Assembly: GCA_017621515.1 (NCBI GenBank)
Contig: JAGASY010000008.1
Span: 8,759 to 72,758 of the forward strand
Reading direction: 5' to 3'
Length of the DNA stretch: 64,000 nt
Origin: Bacteroidaceae bacterium
Lineage (GTDB): Bacteria > Bacteroidota > Bacteroidia > Bacteroidales > Bacteroidaceae
The notes beneath the pieces are model-generated. The model ran no database searches and was not told the DNA's origin. It saw only the letters and a list, made by a program, of their open reading frames with translations. This document shows, in pieces, positions 9,601-18,272 of the stretch (position 1 is the first letter of the stretch; every line of letters starts with the position of its first letter). The translations under genes were made by a program, and so were the position numbers.

Positions 9601-9861
9601 TTCTATACAAGCTCTGACTATCTCAGCTTGAACAACCTGACGATAGGCTACACATTCCCTAAACACTGGCTGGTTCCTGCCGGCATATCCGGACTGCGTG
9701 TCTATGTGGCTGGAGAGAATCTTGCTATTCTCACTTCGCGCAAGGGACTTGACCCGCGCTTCTCTATGGGTATAGGAAGCATGACCTACGGTTCTGGTGC
9801 AAGCGGCAACTACTATTCAGCTATGCGTACAATCACAGCAGGTATCACACTTACATTCTAA
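6616..9861 (+). CDS. SusC/RagA family TonB-linked outer membrane protein
   Basis: 1081 aa. Signal peptide, carboxypeptidase-regulatory-like N-domain (VTGVV..GEPVIGASV), TonB-box/plug region (DDVMVVAYGTQKK), and a C-terminal barrel ending ITLTF. A SusD gene follows directly. Confidence 0.95.
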   Translation: MKKRVCLFFVSLMLTLSAALAQKTVTGVVINSDTGEPVIGASVLVKGTTIGNATDLDGRFVIAGVPDNAQTLKISYIGMKDTEATIKPQMKVYMAPATKYIDDVMVVAYGTQKKSSFTGSAAEIKAEAIEDHIVSNVTSALAGQMAGVQMTSANGDPGDNSPSICIRGIGSMSASNSPLYVVDGMPFSGSIASINPADIESLNVLKDAAASAIYGARGANGVVLITTKKGRAQDAEVKFDARWGSNSRFIPQYDVITDPGQYMENHYKAMYNSQYYAGKSAAESYAYADANLYNKNNGGLGYQIFTVPTGEKLIGSNFRLNPNAKLGYSDGQYYYTPDDWYDEAFHNSFRQEYNVSLSGVSDRINYYASVGYLKDGGIVNNSELQRYTGRVNVDYKAKKWLTVNTSLNYTHTDTESPSYDNTTYMSSGNIFYISNTIAPIYPLYVRNADGSIMTENGRTIYDANQTNFGRPSVVGNAIRDNEYNKSQGFRDAFSGKWSARITPIEGLTLMANIGADVNNTRSNTLYSPFGSYSVTDGGAAVLTTRSMGVTNQYLGQYQKEFNNVHHLDITAGYEQYKYKYQYFYGFNDHLYSPFVGELGNAVGNDSKNLNSYTENYMVEGYLGRVQYDYDEKYFISASYRRDASSRFAPGHRWGNFGSVGAAWQLNKEKFMEDIKWVDLLKFKISYGVQGNDNFLSGGYSDYYPYADRYETSYNSATGEYSIVLVQKGNDELTWETSHSFNTGFDFTLFNHRLYGSIEYFSRKTTDLLYNKPTPLSSGIVTGSFPVNVGSILNKGVELTLNGTLVRTNDIQWDMNLNLTHYTNEITELDPSVAENGIKGSYYIYRVGGSLYNAYAYKFAGVDKETGKALYYYEATVQDPKFPDDPTKTITKTEKTDDFSKASQYDLGSTLPKVYGGFGTTLKLYGFDLSAQFSYQLGGKMYDGMYQTFMHNGGGQGTGQNWHKDILNAWTPENKNTDVPRLNPADNIGSQASIDRFYTSSDYLSLNNLTIGYTFPKHWLVPAGISGLRVYVAGENLAILTSRKGLDPRFSMGIGSMTYGSGASGNYYSAMRTITAGITLTF

Positions 9862-9879
9862 TTCATAAAACAGACAGAC

Positions 9880-11514
9880 ATGAAACAATATAAATTTCCG
9901 TTATTTTTGGCAGCGGGCTTGATGGCTTTCTCTGCCTGCGACGACATAGACGAACAAGACCCTATGAGCGGACAGCTCACTGCATCGCAAGTGCAGCAGA
10001 CCAACGGTGCGATGCCAAGCCGTACCCAATCGACATTCTCAGGAATGTTCACCATGATGGGAAAGCCTTGCTACACATTCGGTGAAAGTTCAGGACGTGC
10101 CGACGACTTCGGATTCATCACAATGGCTATTTCGCAGGACTTTGAGGGACCGGACTGTGGTGGTGTCAACAGTGGCTACAACTGGTTCAGTGCATGTGGA
10201 GAATATACCACACGTGACCCGTCGTATGCAAACCCTTATCTCCGCTATGCCATGCCGTACAACCAGATTAAGGTGGCAAATGATGTCATAGCTTCATTTG
10301 CGGCTGACACAGAAGACGAGAATGCCATCAACCAGATTGCTCAGGCAAGAGCTATGCGTGCTTTCGACTATTTGTCAATCGCTCCTTACTTCCAGTTCCG
10401 CTACGAGGATGCCAAGGACAAACCTTGTGTGCCGATTGTGACAGCAGAGACTGCCGACCCGGCAAATAATCCTCGCGCTACTGTGGAAGAGGTATATAAG
10501 TTGATTATCGAAGACCTTACATACGCTATTGAGCATCTTGACGGTTTCCAGCGTCCGAACAAGGGACAGATTGACCTTAATGTGGCATACGGACTTCGCG
10601 CGCGTGCATACCTTAATATGGGTATGTTTGCAGAAGCTGCTAAAGATGCAGCCAAGGCGATGGAAGGATACACACCGGCAAGTGTCGGCGAATTGGCTGC
10701 TCCTTCATTCTATGACATAAACGACCATAACTGGATTTGGGGTATCAATATCGACGCTTCGATGGTGACAGACTGGAGTTACCCGACTTCAGCATCATGG
10801 ATTGGTTCTTTCTCTGCTGCCAGCTACTCGGCAGGTGTACAGTGCTATGCCTTTATCAACAATCTGTTGTATGACAAGATTTCAGCAACAGACGTGCGTA
10901 AGGGATGGTGGGTTGACGAGAATCTGCATTCACCGTTACTCAGCAATATCTCTTGGAGCGGTGTGACAGGAGATGCTATTAGCTCACTGGAGATAGACGA
11001 TGTGAAGATGGCATTCCTTCCTTATACAAACGTGAAGTTCGGTATGAAGTCGGGCATCGGCTCTGAAATCAACAATAACGACTGGCCTCTCATGCGTGTG
11101 GAGGAAATGATACTCATTGAAATCGAAGGTCTTGCAAAGAGCGGACAGGAAGCTCAGGCACGCACCAAACTGGAGAACTTTGTGAAAACATACCGCGACC
11201 CTTCATACCGCATACCTTCAAGTCGCACTTTCAATGATGAAATCTGGTTCCAGCGCAGAGTCGAGTTGTGGGGTGAAGGTTTTGCAATGAGCGACATCAT
11301 GCGTCTCAAGAAGCCGGTGGTAAGATTCCATGCAAATGCTGCAAGTTGTTATCCGGATGCCTTCCAATTCAACATTTCACCGGAAGACGGATGGTTGCTG
11401 ATGCGTTTCCCGCAGAGCGAAATAAATGCTAACAGTGCTATCGTGAACAATAGTGACGGTACACAGCCTGAACCGGGGCAGAATGCTGAATTGCGCGACG
11501 GTGTGACAGACTAA
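9880..11514 (+). CDS. RagB/SusD family nutrient uptake outer membrane lipoprotein
   Basis: 544 aa. Lipobox AFSAC, TPR-like SusD core (ARAMRAF.Y, RVELWGEGF), positioned immediately after susC. Confidence 0.95.
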   Translation: MKQYKFPLFLAAGLMAFSACDDIDEQDPMSGQLTASQVQQTNGAMPSRTQSTFSGMFTMMGKPCYTFGESSGRADDFGFITMAISQDFEGPDCGGVNSGYNWFSACGEYTTRDPSYANPYLRYAMPYNQIKVANDVIASFAADTEDENAINQIAQARAMRAFDYLSIAPYFQFRYEDAKDKPCVPIVTAETADPANNPRATVEEVYKLIIEDLTYAIEHLDGFQRPNKGQIDLNVAYGLRARAYLNMGMFAEAAKDAAKAMEGYTPASVGELAAPSFYDINDHNWIWGINIDASMVTDWSYPTSASWIGSFSAASYSAGVQCYAFINNLLYDKISATDVRKGWWVDENLHSPLLSNISWSGVTGDAISSLEIDDVKMAFLPYTNVKFGMKSGIGSEINNNDWPLMRVEEMILIEIEGLAKSGQEAQARTKLENFVKTYRDPSYRIPSSRTFNDEIWFQRRVELWGEGFAMSDIMRLKKPVVRFHANAASCYPDAFQFNISPEDGWLLMRFPQSEINANSAIVNNSDGTQPEPGQNAELRDGVTD

Positions 11515-11562
11515 CATCAATGATTATTACTCAACAAGAATAAAAAATAATACGTATATAAT

Positions 11563-12444
11563 ATGAAACTGAATAAATATTTCTTACTTATCGGCATGGC
11601 TGTTGCAGGAGTACTGTCCTCTTGTGGTGATGACGAGGATTTTCAGCCCGGACCTCAAACTGTGGGTCAGGGAGTGTCATTCGGAACAGTAAGCAGTGCG
11701 GCCAGTGAGACCTTTTTGCCGACAGATGAACCTGCGTTGACAATTCCTGTATATCGCAAGGCTTCTGAAGAAGCTGCGGATATTAAGGTCATTGTGAATC
11801 TGAATGACTCTGTTGATGGCGAAGCCATCTTTGAAATTCCGACATCTGTACACTTCAATGCCGGAGAAGACATGGCGAATCTGACCATCAAGTTCCCGAA
11901 AGCAGAACTTGGAGTTTCTTATTCTTTTGAGATAGAACTTCCTGCAGAGGACAAGAATCCGTATGCTACTAATTTGTTGCGCCGCAATGTGATGCGCGAT
12001 TACAAGTGGATTGCATACGAAGGGACAATCTCAACTGAATTTGACGGAATAAATAGCAATGTAACAGTGGAGAAGGCTGAAGGATTCTCTCTTTGGAGAG
12101 TTGTCGATCCTTTCGCAGACTATTGGGAAGAAAATTATGGAGATGATAATCCAGACTACTCGATTGTAGCGCAGTACATTAATTTCACTGTTAATGAAGA
12201 TGGTAGTGTCAAGTTCGAGACATACGTGAACGATGCTTACGATGCAGAAGGAAATCTTATCTATGCATTCTGGCCTCTTGACCTTAGTCCAAGTTTGACA
12301 GCTGAGGCTGCTATGAGCACGGTTGTGGACGAACAGACTATAACACTTTATCCTTACTATTATGTCCCTGGATTAGGAGGATGGGGTGTATCTGCTGTCA
12401 CAATAACATTGGATGAAGATGGAGCCTCATTCATTGAAGAATAA
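11563..12444 (+). CDS. Hypothetical surface lipoprotein encoded downstream of the SusC/SusD pair (possible glycan-binding protein)
   Basis: 293 aa. Signal peptide with lipobox LSSCGDD, same strand and tight spacing after susD. I recognise no family motif. Confidence 0.7.
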   Translation: MKLNKYFLLIGMAVAGVLSSCGDDEDFQPGPQTVGQGVSFGTVSSAASETFLPTDEPALTIPVYRKASEEAADIKVIVNLNDSVDGEAIFEIPTSVHFNAGEDMANLTIKFPKAELGVSYSFEIELPAEDKNPYATNLLRRNVMRDYKWIAYEGTISTEFDGINSNVTVEKAEGFSLWRVVDPFADYWEENYGDDNPDYSIVAQYINFTVNEDGSVKFETYVNDAYDAEGNLIYAFWPLDLSPSLTAEAAMSTVVDEQTITLYPYYYVPGLGGWGVSAVTITLDEDGASFIEE

Positions 12445-12523
12445 GAAAATATACTTATTTGGCGGAAAGAAAATGTCCCGACTGCAAAGGGCATGAATCT
12501 TCATCAAGGTCTATAAATGAATC

Positions 12524-12561
12524 AAAATAGGAGGAAGACGGAATCGTTCTCCTCCTATTTT
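12524..12561 (+). terminator. Rho-independent-type terminator after the SusC/D locus
   Basis: AAAATAGGAGGA-agacggaatcgt-TCTCCTCCTATTTT, a perfect stem followed by T-rich sequence. Confidence 0.6.
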
Positions 12562-12606
12562 ATTATGTGGGGACATAGGGGAGGCTCTCTCGTATCCGTG
12601 TGATTT

Positions 12607-12700
12607 GGATGTGTTAAGTGGGTGTATTTGCAGGCTGCTCTTTTAGTGTGTCTTAGTGGGTGTATTTACAGACTACTCATTTAGTGAATACACCTACTTT
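12607..12700. repeat. Cluster of REP-like sites (GTGGGTGTATTTGCAGGCTGCTC, GTGGGTGTATTTACAGACTACTC, GTGAATACACCTAC)
   Basis: Three to four tandem or inverted copies of the REP-like core are seen directly. Confidence 0.7.
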
Positions 12701-12727
12701 AATAATATGATGATGTATTGATTGACA

Positions 12728-12823
12728 TGTAGGGATGCACCCCGGTGCATCCGCTTCTTCGCTTCTCCATTTCCTTGAAAAAAACATGTCACAGAGGCGG
12801 ATGCACCGGGGTGCATCCCTACA
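12728..12823. repeat. Perfect 27-bp inverted repeat pair flanking a 42-bp spacer; each arm is itself a hairpin (GGATGCACC-CC-GGTGCATCC)
   Basis: 12728-12754 is the exact reverse complement of 12797-12823. Confidence 0.85.
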
Positions 12824-12904
12824 AGTGGTTCATGGACATTCAATTCGGATTGGTAAGTATTTACAACATGGAGTAAACACATACAAAAACACTATTCCTC
12901 AAAA

Positions 12905-13646
12905 TGACAAAATGATATTTTCGCCCAGAATGAAAATTTAACACTTCGAGCAATTTTTTGCCGATGGCAAAAAAGAGAAAAATTTGAAGCGAAAATAAAT
13001 TATTGATAATCAATTAAATATAAAATTCTCAAAAACGCTCAAGAAATTGTGCTGGACGCAATTTTTTTGTAAATTCTGAATATTTGACAATGTGCTGACT
13101 ATCAATGTCTTACAGGTGAAAGCTCCATTTTCACCCTCAAATACCTCCAAAAACTCATTCGCTTTTCTGCTTCTGTTCAGCCACACTTTCAAAACAGGAA
13201 TTATACACTTCTTAACATTTCAACCGAATTTCGCTGTCTTTTTTCCCCTTTCCCAGTGCATTTTCAAAAAATCTATACTGAAAATTTCTCCAATCTACTA
13301 AGCGCGCGAATTTGTAGCGCACTGTCGTTGTCGGAACAGTGCGCTGAAAAAGTGGTGACAGTGCGCTGGAAATATCAAAACTTAGTAGATTGGAGAAAAC
13401 AATTCTTCGCCAAAGATAAATGAATGTAAAAGAACTGTCAAAAAAGAAACACTATTTCACAATTCGCAGAGCCTTTAGAAAATGCGCGTAGAATCCCCGT
13501 TCTCCGAGAAAAGTTCGGTGCGCCTCATTTTGACGCGTGCCAGCGGGCTTGGAATTTTAACATTTGACAAAATCAAAAAGAAAGTATTCCAATGTAAAAT
13601 GATTGAATTATAATCAAAATATATGAAATATGCTATCATTTTGTCA
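12905..13646 (+). repeat. Copy B of the 742-744 bp ORF-less modular element
   Basis: TGACAAAATGATA at the left end and TATCATTTTGTCA at the right end match 13/13 as inverted repeats. The CAGCGCRC array lies at 13301-13368 and is bracketed by a perfect 17-bp inverted repeat (13286-13302 / 13381-13397). The conserved right-hand block is present. Confidence 0.9.
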
Positions 13647-14159
13647 AAACAGGGCATCCCTCAAAAAAACGATGTCAAAAATTTTTTTATGGAGCTTCAT
13701 TTTTAGGGCGAACAAGACTCTTGAAACTTATGTTTGTTTTGAAATCATCCCGGCAAAACAGGACAAAAAATATCAGCAGGTGCAATATATATTTTTCTCA
13801 TGCAACGGTTCATTCCCTTTTATTTTCTTTTCAGGGATTAAGCCTGAAGAGGAAACAGCTCGAAGACTGTGGGAAGAAGGGATGAGACCGGCGGCGATTG
13901 CCGCATAACTGCCAATTCAAAATTTAACGGGCTGTTACTTTTATGATATGGCATGTTTGATAACCTTTTTCGTTCTTTTTGTAGCAGAAAACCGTAAATT
14001 TGTTCTCCTTGTAATGCTAATTTATGCAAAATACTATCAAGCAGTCTGTTTTGTAATCCTTTTTTCATATTTTTGTAGCGAAAATAATCAAATCTCTGAG
14101 AAAATGCTTTCTAAAAAGGGAAGAACTAATGAAATTATAATTTTACAAACAAAAGATTT

Positions 14160-17100
14160 ATGAAAAGATTTTCATTGTCTGCATTCCTCATTATGCTTGT
14201 AGGAATGCTGTCTTGTACGTTTTCGTACGCACAAGAGACAAACAGACCAATCTTTCATGTCTATGATTTCGAAGATGGAGGTATCATGCAGAATATCTCC
14301 AATAACGGAAAATGGGCAGTGGTGGAGCAGGCTCTTACGAGCGACGGTCTGACGACAAAACCCAAGTTGGTTAATTTGGAGACGGATGAGATTACCGATC
14401 TTATTCCAAGTATTGAAGTCTGTGATAACTGTACGGCAAAGGACGTTACTGATGACGGAACGATTGTCGTAGGTAGTTTTGACGGTCGTCCTGCATACTG
14501 GTCAAAGGCTATCGGAGACTGGGAATTTCTTGAGATAGAAGAGTATTGGAATGGAGGAGAAGTCGTAGCTGTTACTCCTGACGGTAGGTTTGGTGTAGGT
14601 AATCTCGCTGTCGAGGAAGTCATAGTGTATAATGAAGACGGAACTCCGAAAACGGAAAAGAACCCGTTCACCGGTGAAATAACTATTGTCCGCGAGAAGC
14701 AGGAGTGGAACTACAAGGCTACGATGTGGGACCTTGCAACAGGCAAGATTATTGAGCTTGAGGGTCTTCCTGAGCTGAACAGAGCACATGAGTTTATCAC
14801 AGCTTCCACATTCAATGCTATCTCTCCGGACGGACGTTATCTGCTTGATGCCATATCATGGTTCTATCCGCAGGAGAATGCTACTTGCGTCTATGACCGT
14901 GTGGAAAAGACCTATAAGGTGGTTGGCTTCACGGAGCATGATAATATGGCATGGACACCGCTCTACCCGGAACTTGATAATGTGGACGATGTCACTATGA
15001 GCGCGAACGGTATGTGGGTTGTTGGTGGTGCTAATACTTACACAGCGTCATATCCTTTCAGATATAATGTGCTCACGGGAGAGTTTGAAGTGCTTGACGG
15101 AACTAATGATGTGGGTTTCGCACTTTGCGTTGCAGACGGACAGGGCAATATATTCAGTGCTACAGAAGTTACAGGTCCTTTGCGCGAGTTGAAGCTTAGA
15201 AAAGACGGCTTTTGGTATGATTTTCGCAAAATATTGAGCAATACATACGGAATAGACTTTGAAGCGTATGTAGGACTTGACTATACAGGTACTCCATTCG
15301 CGTTAAGTGAAGACGGAACCAAGCTTGTCTGTATGTCTTCAGTTTATGACCAAAGTTATGTGGTTGAGTTTGACCATCCGGTGATAGACGAGTGTGCAAA
15401 GCTCAATCTTCTTGATCTTTACACTGTTAATCCTGCTTCCGGAGTTTCTTTCTCTACATTGCAGCAAATAGACCTGACATTTGAATATGATGTAGAGGTA
15501 CTTGCTTCTAACAGAAGTATCGAACTTAAGGATGAGGATGGCAACGTAGTAAGAAACTCATTGACATTTGCTACTGCAAACGACAACTCGAAGCGTGTGA
15601 GAATCGCGTTCAGAACTCAGAGGCTTGATGCCGGAAAGAAATATTCTATTACGATTCCTGCCGGAGCTTTGTGCGTAAAGGGAGATAGGAACAGAGTGAA
15701 CGAAGCGATAGAACTGGAATATATCGGACGTGAGAAGAAGTCGATAGAACTGGTTTCTGCATTCCCTGAGTCTGGTTCGTCTGTAGCAAAGATAGACTAC
15801 TCTTCAAGCTACATCACTCTGACAATGGATGCTGATATAGCTGTGACAGATACGGCTTCTGCAGCTCTTTATCGTGTAGAGGGAGGCAAGGAATATCATA
15901 TCGGCAATCTTTCTTTCTTGGCGAACAAAAATCAGGTGGCGCTGTATCCTTCCGGTGTCGTGTACATGTATGAAGGCAGTACATATAAGATTGTGGTTGA
16001 AAAAGGTTCTATTTCTGATGCGGCCCAAAGTGCAGCAAGCGATACTAACGATGAGTTTTCTGTCGTTTACAATGGTGCGTATGTGAGAGAAATTGAGCAG
16101 ACAGACAGAGTGTTGTTCAACTGTGATTTCCAAGATTTGTCGGGTGCTCTCATCGATATGTTTATGTTCTTTGATGGAGACAATAACACCATGTCTGATG
16201 AGTTCAAGAACCTTGACGGATGGGATTTCAACTCTTCATGGAACTTGTCTATTCGTGATGAGGGTAGTGCAGACGCATGTGCAATGTCTGTATCTTCATA
16301 TAATCCGGCAGGAAAGAGCGATGACTGGATGGTTATTCCTCGTCTGAACATTCCGGATGATATGTGTGTGCTCAGCTTTGATGCTCAGAGTTATTATAGC
16401 AGCAAGACCGACCGCCTGAAGGTTTATATTTGGGAATGTGATGAAGAGTTCAATGTGCTTAATAAAGAACTTACAGAAAGAATAAAGGCAGAAGGTAAAC
16501 TTGCATTTGACGAAGTGCTTTCACCTGGATTCTCTGACCAGACTCTTGCAGGTGACTGGACAAATTACAGTGTCGATCTTAAAGAATATGCTGGAAAGAA
16601 TATTTATATTGCATTCTTGAATGACAATGAAGACCAGAGTGCGGTGTTTGTTGACAACGTGATTGTACAGCGTGACCTTCGCTATTCAATTGCGCTTATC
16701 ACAGAGAATGCTGTCATAGCAAAGGAGAGTCAGACTATCTCTGGTGTGTTTACTGCAAGCTCTGCTATTGAAAAATACAATGAAGTAACTCTTACACTGA
16801 AGAACAGTGAGGGTACTGTAATAGATGAGATAATACACACACAGGATGGAGGAATGTCGCAAGGCGAAAACTTCCGATTCGACTTCAAGCCGCTCCCATT
16901 GACTATCGGAAAGAAGAATGACTTCACTATTGAAGTAGGGCTTAAAGGATTGAGCTTATCCAGTGGCAATGATGTTGCTGTTACAGATGTAGTAAGCAGT
17001 TCTATCAGCGACCTTGTATTTGAAACTACTAAGCGTGTCGTATTGGAAGAATATACTGGTGAGAACTGTCCGAACTGTCCTCGCGGTCATCTTGCCATTG

Positions 17101-18059
17101 AGAATATCGAAAATGCAGTAGGCGACCAGTTCATTCCTATTGCTATACATACTTATTCGGGCGGCGACAGATATTCAACTCCTGCTATGACGGAGTATTC
17201 AAACTTCCTTAACTTTAACGCTGCTCCTACAGGACGAATCAACCGTAATTATATTTCTTCACCGATGTATGCAAACATGAGCACTGGCGAGGTTTCATTC
17301 GTAGGTGGAGAAGGTGAGAAGACATGGTTCGATTATGTTCAGGAAGAACTTGAAACTCCTGCCGATGCTAATATAAGTGTTGCTCCGGTTGCTACAAATG
17401 GCATAGAGGGTAAGCTTGAAGTGCCTGTAACAGTGCGTTACGCTCTTGACGCTAATGGTGTAAACGTGAATGTTTTTGCAGTAGTACTTCAGGACAACCT
17501 TCCGGGTGTACAATCTAACAATCTTGGTGGTCTTGAAGGTAGCATCTATGGAGATTGGGGCAAGGGCGGTAAGTACGAAGCTTCTTCCGTTCCTATGTTC
17601 TTTAAGGATGTTGCACGTTACTGTTTAACTCCTTTTGGAGGCACACAGGGCTTGTTGCCACAAAATATGGAAGCTGGAAAGGATTATACAGCTACTATTA
17701 CGGTTGACTTCCCGCAGATGATTAAGTCTTTGTCTAATGTAAAAGTAGCGGTAATGCTTATCGATGCGAATACAGACAAAGTATTGAATGCAGCTTGTGC
17801 TCCTATTATAGACGCAGTGGGCATCAATGGTGTCAATGCTGATGAAGATGTGATTGCTGTTTCTGCAACAGAAGGCAATGTAACAGTGATAGCTTCAGAC
17901 GATGTGAGAGCAGAACTTTACAGTACAAGCGGTCAGCTTATCGGTATTGCAGAAGGCAACGGCGCAGTGTCTGTCGATGCAAACGGTTATAAGGGAATCT
18001 CTGTTGTTAAGGTTGTTACAAGCAATGGTACAGTAACCAAGAAAATTATGGTTAAATAA
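14160..18059 (+). CDS. Large multidomain T9SS-secreted surface protein (propeller-like repeats, Ig-like region, choice-of-anchor-J-like region, thioredoxin-like/Omp28-related CxxC domain, T9SS CTD)
   Basis: 1299 aa. Signal peptide, repeated (S/T)xDG(R/T)(Y/F/I)xVG blades, EEYTGENCPNCPRGH, and C-terminal YKGISVVKVVTSNGTVTKKIMVK. Confidence 0.8.
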   Translation: MKRFSLSAFLIMLVGMLSCTFSYAQETNRPIFHVYDFEDGGIMQNISNNGKWAVVEQALTSDGLTTKPKLVNLETDEITDLIPSIEVCDNCTAKDVTDDGTIVVGSFDGRPAYWSKAIGDWEFLEIEEYWNGGEVVAVTPDGRFGVGNLAVEEVIVYNEDGTPKTEKNPFTGEITIVREKQEWNYKATMWDLATGKIIELEGLPELNRAHEFITASTFNAISPDGRYLLDAISWFYPQENATCVYDRVEKTYKVVGFTEHDNMAWTPLYPELDNVDDVTMSANGMWVVGGANTYTASYPFRYNVLTGEFEVLDGTNDVGFALCVADGQGNIFSATEVTGPLRELKLRKDGFWYDFRKILSNTYGIDFEAYVGLDYTGTPFALSEDGTKLVCMSSVYDQSYVVEFDHPVIDECAKLNLLDLYTVNPASGVSFSTLQQIDLTFEYDVEVLASNRSIELKDEDGNVVRNSLTFATANDNSKRVRIAFRTQRLDAGKKYSITIPAGALCVKGDRNRVNEAIELEYIGREKKSIELVSAFPESGSSVAKIDYSSSYITLTMDADIAVTDTASAALYRVEGGKEYHIGNLSFLANKNQVALYPSGVVYMYEGSTYKIVVEKGSISDAAQSAASDTNDEFSVVYNGAYVREIEQTDRVLFNCDFQDLSGALIDMFMFFDGDNNTMSDEFKNLDGWDFNSSWNLSIRDEGSADACAMSVSSYNPAGKSDDWMVIPRLNIPDDMCVLSFDAQSYYSSKTDRLKVYIWECDEEFNVLNKELTERIKAEGKLAFDEVLSPGFSDQTLAGDWTNYSVDLKEYAGKNIYIAFLNDNEDQSAVFVDNVIVQRDLRYSIALITENAVIAKESQTISGVFTASSAIEKYNEVTLTLKNSEGTVIDEIIHTQDGGMSQGENFRFDFKPLPLTIGKKNDFTIEVGLKGLSLSSGNDVAVTDVVSSSISDLVFETTKRVVLEEYTGENCPNCPRGHLAIENIENAVGDQFIPIAIHTYSGGDRYSTPAMTEYSNFLNFNAAPTGRINRNYISSPMYANMSTGEVSFVGGEGEKTWFDYVQEELETPADANISVAPVATNGIEGKLEVPVTVRYALDANGVNVNVFAVVLQDNLPGVQSNNLGGLEGSIYGDWGKGGKYEASSVPMFFKDVARYCLTPFGGTQGLLPQNMEAGKDYTATITVDFPQMIKSLSNVKVAVMLIDANTDKVLNAACAPIIDAVGINGVNADEDVIAVSATEGNVTVIASDDVRAELYSTSGQLIGIAEGNGAVSVDANGYKGISVVKVVTSNGTVTKKIMVK

Positions 18060-18140
18060 AGAACGGACAAATATAAGTTTGCTTTGCTCTAATAAGGAAA
18101 ACAGAAGTCTGTAAAAACGGAGCAGGGCATCCTTGTCGAT

Positions 18141-18190
18141 AAAGAGAGCCATATCACTACTCGCAAAGAGTGTGGTATGGCTCTCTTTTA
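18141..18190 (+). terminator. Hairpin terminator after the 1299-aa gene
   Basis: AAAGAGAGCCATA ... TATGGCTCTCTTT followed by TAT. Confidence 0.55.
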
Positions 18191-18272
18191 TATGCTGAGA
18201 AATCATACAGTTAAGTTTCTTGCGAGACTTGAAAAAAATATCTACATTTGCTCCCGACAAATAGTAAATCTT

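Noticed and set aside
12728-12823. Invertible promoter (inverton) interpretation of the perfect 27-bp inverted repeats
   Set aside because: The spacer is only 42 bp and contains no TAnnTTTG promoter box. No invertase or recombinase gene is nearby. A hairpin, terminator or REP-type element is more likely. I kept it as a finding, but not as an inverton.
12694-12941. Two overlapping 62-68 aa ORFs with the mirrored peptides MHPGAS / MHRGAS
   Set aside because: They are artefacts of translating both arms of the palindrome. They have no coding features.
13630-14163. Three 71-92 aa ORFs upstream of the 1299-aa gene
   Set aside because: They overlap one another on both strands and have a low-complexity, Phe/Ile-rich composition. 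The region also shows patchy nucleotide similarity to the non-coding susC upstream region. It is more likely a promoter or leader region.
18177-18272. 32-codon N-terminal extension of fhs
   Set aside because: The conserved Fhs N-terminus begins at MKTDIEIA (18273). The extension overlaps the terminator hairpin of the upstream gene.
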